A stretch of 64,000 nucleotides of DNA from a virus. Its lineage: Duplodnaviria; Caudoviricetes. The first letter of the stretch is position 1. Each line of letters opens with the position of its first letter. Below are positions 53,998 to 63,368 of this stretch, in pieces. The translations under genes were made by a program, and so were the position numbers. Where the stretch lies: IMG/VR virus record IMGVR_UViG_3300032236_000300, positions 1,214 to 65,213 of that record; one strand, written 5' to 3'. A model generated the notes under the pieces. That model had not been told where the DNA came from and searched no databases. It was given only the letters and a program-made list of their open reading frames with translations.

Positions 53998-54867
53998 TTA
54001 CCATTCAAAGCGTTTAAGAATATCGTCAACCTTGGCTTTCACATTCTCGCGAATGTAGTCGCTCTCTTTCAGAGTATCAAGATCCGTGTTCGTTAGCGCT
54101 GCGCTAAGTTCGCGTCGTGCTTGCTCTAACTTGGGATCGTTAGTAATGTTGAGTCGGCTCAACAAGTTAACCAACTCGTGTGCGTTGGTGAGTATCGTGC
54201 CGTGAAACACTTTGCGTTTGCCTTCGTCATCACTGGCTAGGCGTTCGCTCATGTGAGTCAGGCATTCGTACAGTCGTTGCCACACATCACGCATCGCGTG
54301 GTTGAGTCGCTCGTTGAAAGCAGTCTCATACTGGGCTACCAGTTCTGCCTTCGCTTGCTCACCAATCTCAATGCGGAAGTCACCAGCCGTTGGAATCGGC
54401 GTTAGCGTATACGAGAAGCGAAACTTCTTAGCGATCTCGTCTGGCTCAGGGTACTCGTCACGATTGAACAAGTCACCTAGTTGGAATGCACCTGCTGATA
54501 TCAGCGTAGGGTAGATGCCAACGAACACATCAACCAAGCGTTCGAACTCTGCCTTCTTCTCATCAAGTGTGCGTTTGTATCCTCCGTTGAATAAGTTTTC
54601 CATAGTGACGATGCGAGGACCTGAGTCAGACCAAGGGATAGTCTGTTTGGTATTCCACAACCGAGCACCTGCCGCGAATCGGATCACGGCTTCATGGTGT
54701 GGGTTGCCTGCAAGCAAATGCTTGTGGTAGTTGCCCGCCTTAACCTTAGTGTTCTTCGCTGAGTCCACCTCTTCAGATACACGCTTGTCCAACTTGCGTG
54801 CAGTCCAACATGAGATGTTCAACTCCACCATCATTGCGCTTGTTGCGATACTAATTGATTCAGACAT
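53998..54867 (-). CDS. DUF3150-like early protein
   Basis: WTARKLDK, T.PW, GDLF..DEYP, P.P..GDFR and LNIT.DP.L. Confidence 0.6.
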   Translation of the reverse strand: MSESISIATSAMMVELNISCWTARKLDKRVSEEVDSAKNTKVKAGNYHKHLLAGNPHHEAVIRFAAGARLWNTKQTIPWSDSGPRIVTMENLFNGGYKRTLDEKKAEFERLVDVFVGIYPTLISAGAFQLGDLFNRDEYPEPDEIAKKFRFSYTLTPIPTAGDFRIEIGEQAKAELVAQYETAFNERLNHAMRDVWQRLYECLTHMSERLASDDEGKRKVFHGTILTNAHELVNLLSRLNITNDPKLEQARRELSAALTNTDLDTLKESDYIRENVKAKVDDILKRFEW

Positions 54868-55063
54868 TCTGCTCTCCTGTAAGTTTGTCCTGTTCCACCT
54901 TGCTTGCGAGATACACAATCACTTGAGACATTGATGGCTTGAAGCCAATCTCCCTCTCTAGCCTTGTTTGCATTATTCGCAAATACTCATACGCTACTGC
55001 GTTGACGCTAAGCGTTCGCCTGTCAGCCATAGTTTTTAAATAATCTGCGTCCGTCATACTCAC
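54860..55063 (-). CDS. Small hypothetical protein, possibly DNA-binding
   Basis: RTLSV...AYEYL...PSMSQVI; coupled ORF. Confidence 0.5.
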   Translation of the reverse strand: MSMTDADYLKTMADRRTLSVNAVAYEYLRIMQTRLEREIGFKPSMSQVIVYLASKVEQDKLTGEQNV

Positions 55064-56319
55064 TCCACTAAAACAGATTGACCAACACTAGGAACAAAGC
55101 CCTTGTTCCCTACCACACACCACAAGACTGGCGCACTCGTTGATGACCAGTCGCCACAGTTCCCTCCATAGAAATATCCGTCGGTAAGCATCACGGTGCA
55201 TTGCGGTGTGATGCGTTTCTCTTGCATGTACGCGGGTACACAAGCAGGCTCAGTACCGCCACCACCTTTGGGTTGTGTAAGTGATGCGATGTTTTGCAAC
55301 TCGCCACCTGAGTAAGTCTCATGCCCTGCGACATGGCTATCCCAATACATCAACTCGATCTTCTCGGGTGCTACCTCGTCGCAGATTGATTTCATCTCTC
55401 CGAGAAAGCGTCCTAGTTCGGGACCGCCAATAGATCCTGATGTGTCTATCCCGATAGCAATACACTCGGCGCGGTGCGTCTCTGCGCTTGGCATGATGAT
55501 CCCGCTTGCAAGATAGCGACGATTAGGTCTGCGCCATGTGGATTGATCGCCACCGCGTGTAGCAGTCTTGATGAACTCACGCAACGCTTCGCGCCAATCA
55601 ACCTTGGGGTGAAGGATCTCTTCGATACCGCGTGGCACTTTGCCTTTCATCTTTCCCGCAAGCATTGAACCTTCGCGTAATGCTGAGTCGATCTCGCGCT
55701 CTAGTTCTTCGGTTTCTTCTTGCGTTAGTTCGCGTGCGCCTTGCCAGTCGTGCTCGTCAAGTTCATCGGGACAACCTGACGGCTTGTCATTTTGTCCACC
55801 GCCAGAGTGACCGATCCCGCCCTCACCATCGCCTTCGCATTCGCCGTCCTCGTCCTTGCCACCCTTGCCTTCCTCAATGAGTAGGTCGTAGACTTGCTTG
55901 GTATCCATACCGCGATACTTCTCGTCAATCAAACCAATGACCTTACCAGTCTGGGGGTCGCGTGGCATAGCCACCTCGTTCTCGCTCGGGTCGGTGTCTT
56001 TGATCTGCAAGTTGATTACATAGTCCATAGCCCAGTTCGCTACCTGCTTATCGGGCAAGTGTTTCCATACCGTCATATGACGATAGGCTTTGTGCATAGC
56101 CTCGTGCACCACCAAGAAAGCAAGTTGCTTTTCGGTCAGCATATCTACGAATGCACGCCCATACTCCACATCACGCCCGTTGGTACGCGCGGACTTACAC
56201 TTCTCCGATACAGTAACCTTGCCCACCATGAATACTCCTGAGAATAAACAGAAGTCAGGGCTCTGCATCAAGCGTACATGCGCACGCTCTATCCGTTGTT
56301 CAGCCGTTAGTTTCATCAT
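55060..56319 (-). CDS. Metallopeptidase (HEXXH) + VWA domain protein (DUF2201-like)
   Basis: VHEAMH, N.A.D..IN, IDTSGS MIDAS, GGGGT and LTDG. Confidence 0.85.
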   Translation of the reverse strand: MMKLTAEQRIERAHVRLMQSPDFCLFSGVFMVGKVTVSEKCKSARTNGRDVEYGRAFVDMLTEKQLAFLVVHEAMHKAYRHMTVWKHLPDKQVANWAMDYVINLQIKDTDPSENEVAMPRDPQTGKVIGLIDEKYRGMDTKQVYDLLIEEGKGGKDEDGECEGDGEGGIGHSGGGQNDKPSGCPDELDEHDWQGARELTQEETEELEREIDSALREGSMLAGKMKGKVPRGIEEILHPKVDWREALREFIKTATRGGDQSTWRRPNRRYLASGIIMPSAETHRAECIAIGIDTSGSIGGPELGRFLGEMKSICDEVAPEKIELMYWDSHVAGHETYSGGELQNIASLTQPKGGGGTEPACVPAYMQEKRITPQCTVMLTDGYFYGGNCGDWSSTSAPVLWCVVGNKGFVPSVGQSVLVE

Positions 56320-56616
56320 CTTCTCCCTTTAAAGTCATTACCCATTTACCAATTTGTTCTTCCGTATAGAACGATAGAATCCAATCCGCCAACACATGAA
56401 CTGGATCTTCGAGTATGCGGTCGTATAGCATGTCCAATGCTTCCTCACCAAAGTGATGTTTAATCTCTGCGGGTGTCATCTTCTTCCTCCTCCATCAGTT
56501 GTCGATAGATTGCTCTTGCTTGTTTAGCAATAACTCTTGCGGTGTCTACGCCACTAGCCCACGACACTTTGCCGTTAGCACGACTGGCAAGTAGCCACGC
56601 CATTACAAAATCTTCT

Positions 56617-56853
56617 TCACTCATTGCCTTCCTCCGCATGCTGTAAGTACCAGTCGTACCACATACTGATTGCTTCTACGGTTTCGGCAATGAACGCGTG
56701 TTTGCTTTGCTCATCACGCCATTGCACACCCGCGTCGCCTATCACGCTAGTGAGAACACACATAAGAAAAGATCCGTTCTGCCCATGCAGTAGAGAACCA
56801 ATCTCGTTCTTCAACTTTCGTATCTCTGCTAACTCTTGCTTGCTTAGATTCAT
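56617..56853 (-). CDS. Hypothetical protein
   Basis: RBS GAGGAG. Confidence 0.55.
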   Translation of the reverse strand: MNLSKQELAEIRKLKNEIGSLLHGQNGSFLMCVLTSVIGDAGVQWRDEQSKHAFIAETVEAISMWYDWYLQHAEEGNE

Positions 56854-57174
56854 ATCACTCCTCCTCGTTGTAGTTAAGTGCCTCTGTTAAAACATTACCA
56901 ATGTACAAACCCCCAAACAAGATCGACGCCTTGTTCAGATAGCCGTTATCTGAGAATCCAAACACGATAAACAAAACACCAATGATTGTGAACACTACAA
57001 GGTGTACTGGGCTTGCTATTTTCATATCTCCTCCTCTTCGGGCACATAGCCTTCTCTTGGTGTCTCATACATAGTGATATATGCGTTACCGTTTTCATAC
57101 CGCACTTCCCAGTCGGTGTGACCAAACTCAAGTCTGCAATACTCATCTAACAAATCTGAATTCATACCACCCCC

Positions 57175-58236
57175 TTAGAACAAGTACTGGTTCTCGCGCA
57201 TCCAAGTAATGAATGCACCGCTAGTCATCAAGATCTGTTTCTTCTCAGGGTGCTTGCTCGTGGAGAGACAAAACACGCTTTGGAGTTCCTTGGGGGTACG
57301 CTTCAAGTACTCGAACCACTTGCCAATGTTGGCGCGGTCGATCCTTTGCATAGCACCATAAGCCATGATGTTCAAAGCCGCAGGTGATGTTGGTAACTTG
57401 CAACCTTTTGGATCGTCGATAACCTCTTGCCATGATGGGAGACTGTCTGCCACCTCTACATAAGCAAGCATGTCTCGTGCGCCTGCTTCACCGATTGAAC
57501 CAGTCAATGCTGATATCAAAGCATTACGAGTAATCAGATGACGCTTCATCAAGATGTTAGATGCGCGATGCAATGAGCGTGGAGATACAAAAGATTTCTG
57601 TGGAGTCTTTGGGTTGAAGATGTATGGGTTCTCGGCTTGCCCCGCATCTCTGTAAGATGCCAATGCGTGTGGGTATGCTTTCACCCATGCCAATGCTTCA
57701 GCCGCGATTCCATTGTTAGCACCCCATTCAATCCATTCATCAGATGTTGGCTTGCGTACTTGCATAATAGTTATCCTGTTAAGTGAGTGGGCTTTGAGCA
57801 TGTCGCCCACCCCATCAGTTGAGTTGTTACCTGCTGTTATCACGATAGAGTCGGTGTGTAGTCGTGATCCACTAATGCGTCTCTCGTTGAGTAGTGGGTG
57901 TAGCATGTTCTGCACAGCCATTGATGAAGGCTTAGTGAACTCGTCGATGAACACAACGCAAGGATCTCCCAAGTGAAAACCCCAATGCTCGTTGGGATAG
58001 AGAGCAGTAGTTTTGGTTTCATGATTGGGCATTGGGATACCAATGTCACCCAACTCTGTGTTCGGTGTATCGATATACACACCACGATACCCAGTCTTTG
58101 CTACGATGCGTTCAAACATAGCGGTCTTACCAACCCCTGGCTCGCCTACTAAATGTATTGCATTCTGATTTCCGAAAGCAAGGATCGCGTCCTCTGCTTC
58201 AGCCAAAGATACCTCGGTTGTCATACGAACTTCCAT
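57175..58236 (-). CDS. AAA+ ATPase (MoxR-like)
   Basis: GEPGVGKT, FIDEF, AGN, LNR and SPRS. Confidence 0.88.
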   Translation of the reverse strand: MEVRMTTEVSLAEAEDAILAFGNQNAIHLVGEPGVGKTAMFERIVAKTGYRGVYIDTPNTELGDIGIPMPNHETKTTALYPNEHWGFHLGDPCVVFIDEFTKPSSMAVQNMLHPLLNERRISGSRLHTDSIVITAGNNSTDGVGDMLKAHSLNRITIMQVRKPTSDEWIEWGANNGIAAEALAWVKAYPHALASYRDAGQAENPYIFNPKTPQKSFVSPRSLHRASNILMKRHLITRNALISALTGSIGEAGARDMLAYVEVADSLPSWQEVIDDPKGCKLPTSPAALNIMAYGAMQRIDRANIGKWFEYLKRTPKELQSVFCLSTSKHPEKKQILMTSGAFITWMRENQYLF

Positions 58237-58295
58237 AATCTACTCCAAATTTAATTAAACAAAACAAAGACAAACTTACGAATTGAAAGCATGTC

Positions 58296-59303
58296 TTACA
58301 AACACGCTTCAGTTGAGTACTCGCGGTACTTCTTATTGCTGTCGTGTTGTATCGTGCCGATTGGCGCTTCCTCTAGTGTTAACACCTCCTTCTGATATTG
58401 AAACTTCAGTAACTCGTTAAAGAAATAGATGAGACGCTTGGTGTCCATCTTCCATACATACTCGCGGTCTTGGTCGGGCAAGATGCGTTGGTCGTATTCT
58501 GTTGATGCGCTGAAAGAAAGAAACTCAACCAATGGCAACATGGCTTCCATGCGCTTACCCTCGTCTGCTATCTCCATTGCGTTGTTCACCTGTTCAAAGA
58601 ACTCATTGCGTATGTACGCCTGTGGTTTAGTGTGGTAGTTCATTTGTGTGGTATCAGAAGTGAGAATGTATTTCGCACTTCTTGGTTGATAGTGGTTGGG
58701 CTTGTAGTCACCACGGCACAAGTCCATACCGATTCCCTTCCCGCCTAGCGTGAGTGAGGTAACCATCTTGGCGTAGTCGGTGAATACAGTAAAGCGTGCT
58801 TTGAGTGCTTTGAACTTTTCCTTGTCAACGACATGGCGCGTCTCGTTGGTCATGTCCTCGGTGTCTACTGTCCCGCATGGGAAAACCTTCAGTTTGCTAC
58901 CTATGCGATAGGCGTGCCCCATACCATCGAAGTAATACGCTTTGCCGTTGCGCTTGGCAAACTTATCTACGCCGAACAACTCTTGCAAGATTTGAACAGT
59001 TGATATCGTGTTCCAGTCACCCACGCTGAAGGTGAACGAACCGTGTTGGTGATAGATAGCAATGTCGGTTTCGTAGTACTTAACAATCACATCTCCCATT
59101 TCAAAGCGGATCTGTGTGCGGTCGTATCTGCGATTGAGTCCTAGCGGTTTCTTGCCCTCGCTTGCACCTTTGCTGAATGGTTTCACGGCATTGTGATGGA
59201 TCAATGCTTCTTGGTATGTTGTTAGGCGGGGTATGTTGTCTGCCATGAATGTGTACGCTGAGTTGTTACCGCGTGCCCACTTGTCGTTTGGTTTTACTGC
59301 CAT
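58296..59303 (-). CDS. Hypothetical early protein
   Basis: Start reassigned to ATG 59303 with RBS GGAGG. Confidence 0.65.
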   Translation of the reverse strand: MAVKPNDKWARGNNSAYTFMADNIPRLTTYQEALIHHNAVKPFSKGASEGKKPLGLNRRYDRTQIRFEMGDVIVKYYETDIAIYHQHGSFTFSVGDWNTISTVQILQELFGVDKFAKRNGKAYYFDGMGHAYRIGSKLKVFPCGTVDTEDMTNETRHVVDKEKFKALKARFTVFTDYAKMVTSLTLGGKGIGMDLCRGDYKPNHYQPRSAKYILTSDTTQMNYHTKPQAYIRNEFFEQVNNAMEIADEGKRMEAMLPLVEFLSFSASTEYDQRILPDQDREYVWKMDTKRLIYFFNELLKFQYQKEVLTLEEAPIGTIQHDSNKKYREYSTEACL

Positions 59304-59337
59304 TTGATTTCCTCCAATAGGTTTTGTTTCGACAAAC

Positions 59338-59631
59338 TTACAGTCTGTCAGTTTGTCCTGTGATCTTGGTGATCGGGTCGGTGTTGTCACGATTGAACTG
59401 GTCGAAGTCCTCCAACTCCATAGCGTGTTGCTTCTCTGCATACTCAGATACCAAAGCAAAGTCTGCGGTGTCAGTCTCGTTACCAATTACCTCGTCCACC
59501 CAACATGCACTAGCGTCGAACGCCACTTGCATGGTCTCGCACGCTTCCGTGATCGCATCAACCTTCGCGGTTGCTTCTTCGCTATCAGGATTAGCGATAT
59601 CCTCGAATTCAAATACAACTAATACTTTCAT
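59338..59631 (-). CDS. Acidic hypothetical protein
   Basis: Coupled ORF, very Asp/Glu-rich. Confidence 0.55.
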   Translation of the reverse strand: MKVLVVFEFEDIANPDSEEATAKVDAITEACETMQVAFDASACWVDEVIGNETDTADFALVSEYAEKQHAMELEDFDQFNRDNTDPITKITGQTDRL

Positions 59632-59816
59632 ACATCTCCCCTTTGTTGTGCCATTTCAAATTGCCTAATCATCTCGTCGCGTGCTTCCTTGTTCTCGATC
59701 AGGTGCATGAACAGTTTGCGCACCATGAACTCTTCATGTTTGGTTTTAAGATACAGACCAGTTGCAAGGGACGCCCATGCAAACAGAACAATCTCGCTAA
59801 TACTTATTTCAATCAT
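59628..59816 (-). CDS. Small membrane-associated hypothetical protein
   Basis: RBS GGAGG; hydrophobic N-terminus. Confidence 0.5.
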   Translation of the reverse strand: MIEISISEIVLFAWASLATGLYLKTKHEEFMVRKLFMHLIENKEARDEMIRQFEMAQQRGDV

Positions 59817-60215
59817 TGGTTCCTCCAGTTTTAAAGTTTTCTATCTCTTTCCGTAGCGGTTCGTCGCTTTGCGTCTTGAGTATACGCACCCAGTCCACAC
59901 GCGACAAGAACCACCTAAACAATGGGACATTGCAGTCTTGGCAAAGCAACTCTGCGTTGTCTCCCTTCTTAGTCATCAAAGTCCTCCACCCAAACAATTA
60001 CAAACACATATAAAAACACCACAAAGCAGACAGTCTGCGCCCATGTCATGTGACTTCCTTTTCTTGTATCCAATAGTGATAGGCGTTCTCCCGACCGCCT
60101 TTTGCGTCTTGCTCTTTTAGTGCGCGTATGGCACTCTCTGCACTTGTCTTGTTGTAAAAGATAGCATCAAGACAACTTTCTTCTCCGTCGCTCTCCCAAA
60201 CCAAATAAACCATAG

Positions 60216-60437
60216 TCATAACTCACCCCGCGTTGATTTCTGATTTGTATTTTTCAGCGCAGTCGGTGCAGACTGCGAGGTTACGAATTGATAGCAACCC
60301 TTTCCATACTCTTGCACCACAGTCCACTTGGCGCGATCTTTCAGGGCTTGCTCGTCACCACATGGCTTGCATATCAAGTGACCATAAGACGCACGCTTGC
60401 GACCTACACCATTAGTCAGGCATTTAATACACCGCAT
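60216..60437 (-). CDS. Zn-finger hypothetical protein
   Basis: CIKC...CKPCGD...KGCYQFVT...N.K. Confidence 0.55.
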   Translation of the reverse strand: MRCIKCLTNGVGRKRASYGHLICKPCGDEQALKDRAKWTVVQEYGKGCYQFVTSQSAPTALKNTNQKSTRGEL

Positions 60438-60450
60438 ATTGATTCCTTTC

Positions 60451-60693
60451 TTAGACGCTTGGCGTAGACCAAGCATAAACCTTGACGCCGTTGGCTGGGT
60501 TGCCCGTTGCCCAATTCAATTTGATACCACGATAGCCAGACTCATAGTCCTCACGCACGCCGTATGCCATGCCGTCGATCAACCGCAGTTCTTCGCGGTA
60601 GAGTTCCCGCCAGTTGCGGTCGAAAGCAATGATTACTGGATTGCGTGCTTGGGTTGCACTTGATGACGATGAATTAGCAGAACGAATTTGCAT
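60451..60693 (-). CDS. First leftward early gene, hypothetical
   Basis: RBS GGAGG; lies downstream of a consensus promoter. Confidence 0.55.
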   Translation of the reverse strand: MQIRSANSSSSSATQARNPVIIAFDRNWRELYREELRLIDGMAYGVREDYESGYRGIKLNWATGNPANGVKVYAWSTPSV

Positions 60694-60794
60694 AGAACCT
60701 CCATAAAAGACAAACTGACAAGTTGTAAGAATGTCGCTGAACTGAGGGCGACCCGTTCGCCCATAGCAGTTCCCCTGCCGTGTGGCAGAGCCAC

Positions 60795-60823
60795 ATTATA
60801 ACAGAATAACTATACAATGTCAA
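60795..60823 (-). promoter_or_regulatory. Consensus sigma70 early promoter
   Basis: Minus strand TTGACA-17-TATAAT, an exact consensus. Confidence 0.85.
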
Positions 60824-60954
60824 GTGTTTGTACTGTGAAAGGGAGGTTTGTCCCTTCATCTGCGTTTGTTTTTTAATCCTATAGTTCCTATTGTACCTAA
60901 TGTACCTAATGTTCTGTAACCCTTTTTTTAAAGTAGAACATTCGAAATGTGCTG

Positions 60955-61240
60955 TAAGTTGTTGATTTATATAGATGTTGTGTTGTATTGTTGTTGTATT
61001 GTTCTATTGTTCTATTGTTCTTTAAAAATATATATAGGGGGAAAATTGAATATACAATAGTATTACACTTGCTGGGGAGTGCGTTCGAACTGCAAATTTT
61101 CAAAACTGCTTTTTTCGACAGAACAATAGAACAATAGAACAATAGGCAAAAAAGCCTTATATATCAACGACTTGTATTGTTCCGTTGTTTTTTGGCACCA
61201 CAGAACAATAGAACAAAAGGGCAGAACAATGCGCGAACAA
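60955..61240. repeat. Inverted arrays of 8-bp AGAACAAT repeats with two IHF consensus sites
   Basis: (TATTGTTC)x3 at 60997-61020; (AGAACAAT)x3 at 61120-43; more copies at 61202-40. WATCAAnnnnTTR at 60955-67 (-) and 61162-74 (+). Confidence 0.8.
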
Positions 61241-61242
61241 AG

Positions 61243-61352
61243 GGCTACCCCGTTGCAATGACCGATCCCTAGCCCCGACAAACTTCCAAAGTGGAATTAT
61301 GTCTCCCTATTAAACATTTTAAAACCAGTGGGTTTTGTAAGTTTCCCGTAAG
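61243..61352 (+). repeat. Upstream unit copy 1 (homologous to 62083..62190)
   Basis: Shared blocks GGCTACC.CGTTGCAATGACCG.TCCCTA, ATGTCTCC and TTTGTAAG.TTC..GTAAG. Confidence 0.75.
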
Positions 61353-61423
61353 CATAGGGGTTTAGTATCAGGATACCAAGAAAGAGGGCTTTCTTGGATT
61401 AACTTTCCTACTGGAGAAATCAA

Positions 61424-62041
61424 ATGGAAAAAACTATCGTAGCGCAAGCCATTCCAAATCAAGCATCAAAGTCAGGTGCAATGTTCGCAAAGTCAGAAAT
61501 TGACGCGAAAGAATCCTTGGAGATGTTTGCTCGTGATCTTGGAACCGAGCCGACCTACACCGACTGGATCGCCAAGCGCACCGACTGGGTGAACGGATAT
61601 ATAACAGCAAAACCGCAGACCAAGGGCAACGCATCGGATTTGGCATTCAAACGCTTTGCAGATCGACTGGTAGCAGATTATGGTTTCACGATACCAAAAG
61701 CACAAACGCAGGCATCGATCAAGAAAGCCACTGAGAGGGCTAAGAAAGCGGAAGAACTGGAACGCAAATATGAATCCATACCAACGCACCAAATCACCGA
61801 GAATCTGCGCCAAGCGTATGAACTGCAAGCCAAGAATCCCACCAAGAAATTAGCAACGCTAAAAGAACTGGAGACGATTCTAAAAGCGCGAACCAAAGCG
61901 GAAGAAAGCGGAGTTAAAGAAGAACTTAAATCTGCGCGATCTGCCTTGATCGAACTGGCTAAGAAATGCACCGATCTAGAATTACTGGAGACCGCGACCA
62001 GTATTCTCGATGAGTCGAACTATGAAGTGACGATTCAGTAA
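61424..62041 (+). CDS. Hypothetical protein, paralog of 62267..62956
   Basis: RBS GGAG; LGTEPT...W...GY...RFA...G.T.PK shared with the paralog. Confidence 0.75.
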   Translation: MEKTIVAQAIPNQASKSGAMFAKSEIDAKESLEMFARDLGTEPTYTDWIAKRTDWVNGYITAKPQTKGNASDLAFKRFADRLVADYGFTIPKAQTQASIKKATERAKKAEELERKYESIPTHQITENLRQAYELQAKNPTKKLATLKELETILKARTKAEESGVKEELKSARSALIELAKKCTDLELLETATSILDESNYEVTIQ

Positions 62042-62055
62042 GATCGAAACAAAAC

Positions 62056-62082
62056 GGGAGGGGAAACCCTCCCAATTTTTTT
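62056..62082 (+). terminator. Rho-independent terminator
   Basis: GGGAGGG-gaaa-CCCTCCC-aattttttt. Confidence 0.7.
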
Positions 62083-62190
62083 GGCTACCGCGTTGCAATG
62101 ACCGTTCCCTACCCCAGACATGCTTACTGGGTGACAACATGTCTCCAAAATATATTTTCAAAATCTTCTGGTTTGTAAGGTTCGTGTAAG
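62083..62190 (+). repeat. Upstream unit copy 2
   Basis: See 61243..61352. Confidence 0.75.
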
Positions 62191-62266
62191 GTTACACAAG
62201 CATACTTGCGGCCTCGCTAGGGGATAGGCCTCTAGTGGGAATAGCAAACCTAAAGGAGAAAATGCT

Positions 62267-62956
62267 ATGACAGACAAAACACCAGTGGCACAAGTAGTGC
62301 ACGCACTTAGTCACGATCGCCGCACAGAAGCATATGAGCAAGGCGGCCGATACTCAGCAAATAGGCTCGAGGCCGTAGCGATCGCGTCAGACGCCGCAAA
62401 GACGCTGGGCACTGATCCATCATTTGACCAGTGGACAGAATATTCTGTGCAGTGGAAAGACGGCTACATGCACAACAACCCAGACAACACTGGCGGCGCG
62501 GCCGATACAGCATGGGGTAGGTTTGCCAGTACTCTAAACGAATTATTTGGGTTGACCAAACCGAAGAGCACCAGCAAGGCCGCTACAGCGAAAGCTACGG
62601 CACGAGAAGCAAAGGCCGCCGAAGTACTGGCAAAACACGCCGACAAAGCCGCTCACACTATCAAAGAACAAATAGCAAAGAACTACAGCGCGATCGCTGA
62701 GGCCGTAAAGCAAGGTAAGACCACTAAGGTACAGCGCGACGACGGCGTGGTTGTAGATCTTAAGAAGGAGCTAAAAGAATTAGAGACAGTGCTCAAGGTT
62801 AAGACCAGCGAGGAGAACAAAGCATTTGGTGAAGAACTAAAAGCATTACGCGCCGAGGTACGCGAGGCCGTGGGCAAATGTACAGACCTCGAACAATTAC
62901 AGGCGGCACTTGATTGTCTGTCTGGCGGCTTCGATATCAACTACGATATATCTTAA
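62267..62956 (+). CDS. Hypothetical protein, paralog of 61424..62041
   Basis: RBS AAGGAG; LKELET.LK..T.EE...EELK..R...KCTDLE.L shared with the paralog. Confidence 0.75.
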   Translation: MTDKTPVAQVVHALSHDRRTEAYEQGGRYSANRLEAVAIASDAAKTLGTDPSFDQWTEYSVQWKDGYMHNNPDNTGGAADTAWGRFASTLNELFGLTKPKSTSKAATAKATAREAKAAEVLAKHADKAAHTIKEQIAKNYSAIAEAVKQGKTTKVQRDDGVVVDLKKELKELETVLKVKTSEENKAFGEELKALRAEVREAVGKCTDLEQLQAALDCLSGGFDINYDIS

Positions 62957-62993
62957 CCAGCGCGGCCGCGAGGCCGCTTATATATCTCTTACG

Positions 62994-63020
62994 GCCGCGC
63001 CTAACCAGCGCGGCTTTTTT
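62994..63020 (+). terminator. Rho-independent terminator
   Basis: GCCGCGC-ctaacca-GCGCGGC-tttttt. Confidence 0.75.
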
Positions 63021-63261
63021 GTTTTTCCCCCAGACCCGTAGAGAACGGTCACAGGTCACGCTGGTCACCCCCGCCCCCCTAAATTCCAAATGGGTCCCTC
63101 GGGCGCCAGCTACACCGTGTGTTGCACAAACGATCCCGCAGTTTGAAAATACCCCCCGTATCCACCACCTTTTCATTCAAATACCCCCCTCCCCCCTCTA
63201 AATTTATTCAACATTTATCATTCATCTTATTATGCAAATACCCCCCGGGTAGGAGTCCCAG

Positions 63262-63290
63262 TTGCAAAACACCCCACCCCCATATATAAT
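63262..63290 (+). promoter_or_regulatory. Sigma70 promoter
   Basis: TTGCAA-17-TATAAT. Confidence 0.7.
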
Positions 63291-63295
63291 TCAAA

Positions 63296-63368
63296 CACCG
63301 TTCAAGAGCGGTTGTTTTGTATTTGTCATACTCCCTCCTTGGCCCCCGTAACTGGGGGCCCTTTTTTT
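63296..63368 (+). ncRNA. Candidate ~70-nt small RNA with anti-SD/anti-AUG seed
   Basis: Own promoter and terminator (GGCCCCC/GGGGGCC plus U-tract); no ORF; contains UGUCAUACUCCCUCCUU. Confidence 0.55.

Noticed and set aside
60997-61240. AGAACAAT repeats as a CRISPR array
   Set aside because: The units are 8 bp and directly tandem, with no spacers; no cas operon.
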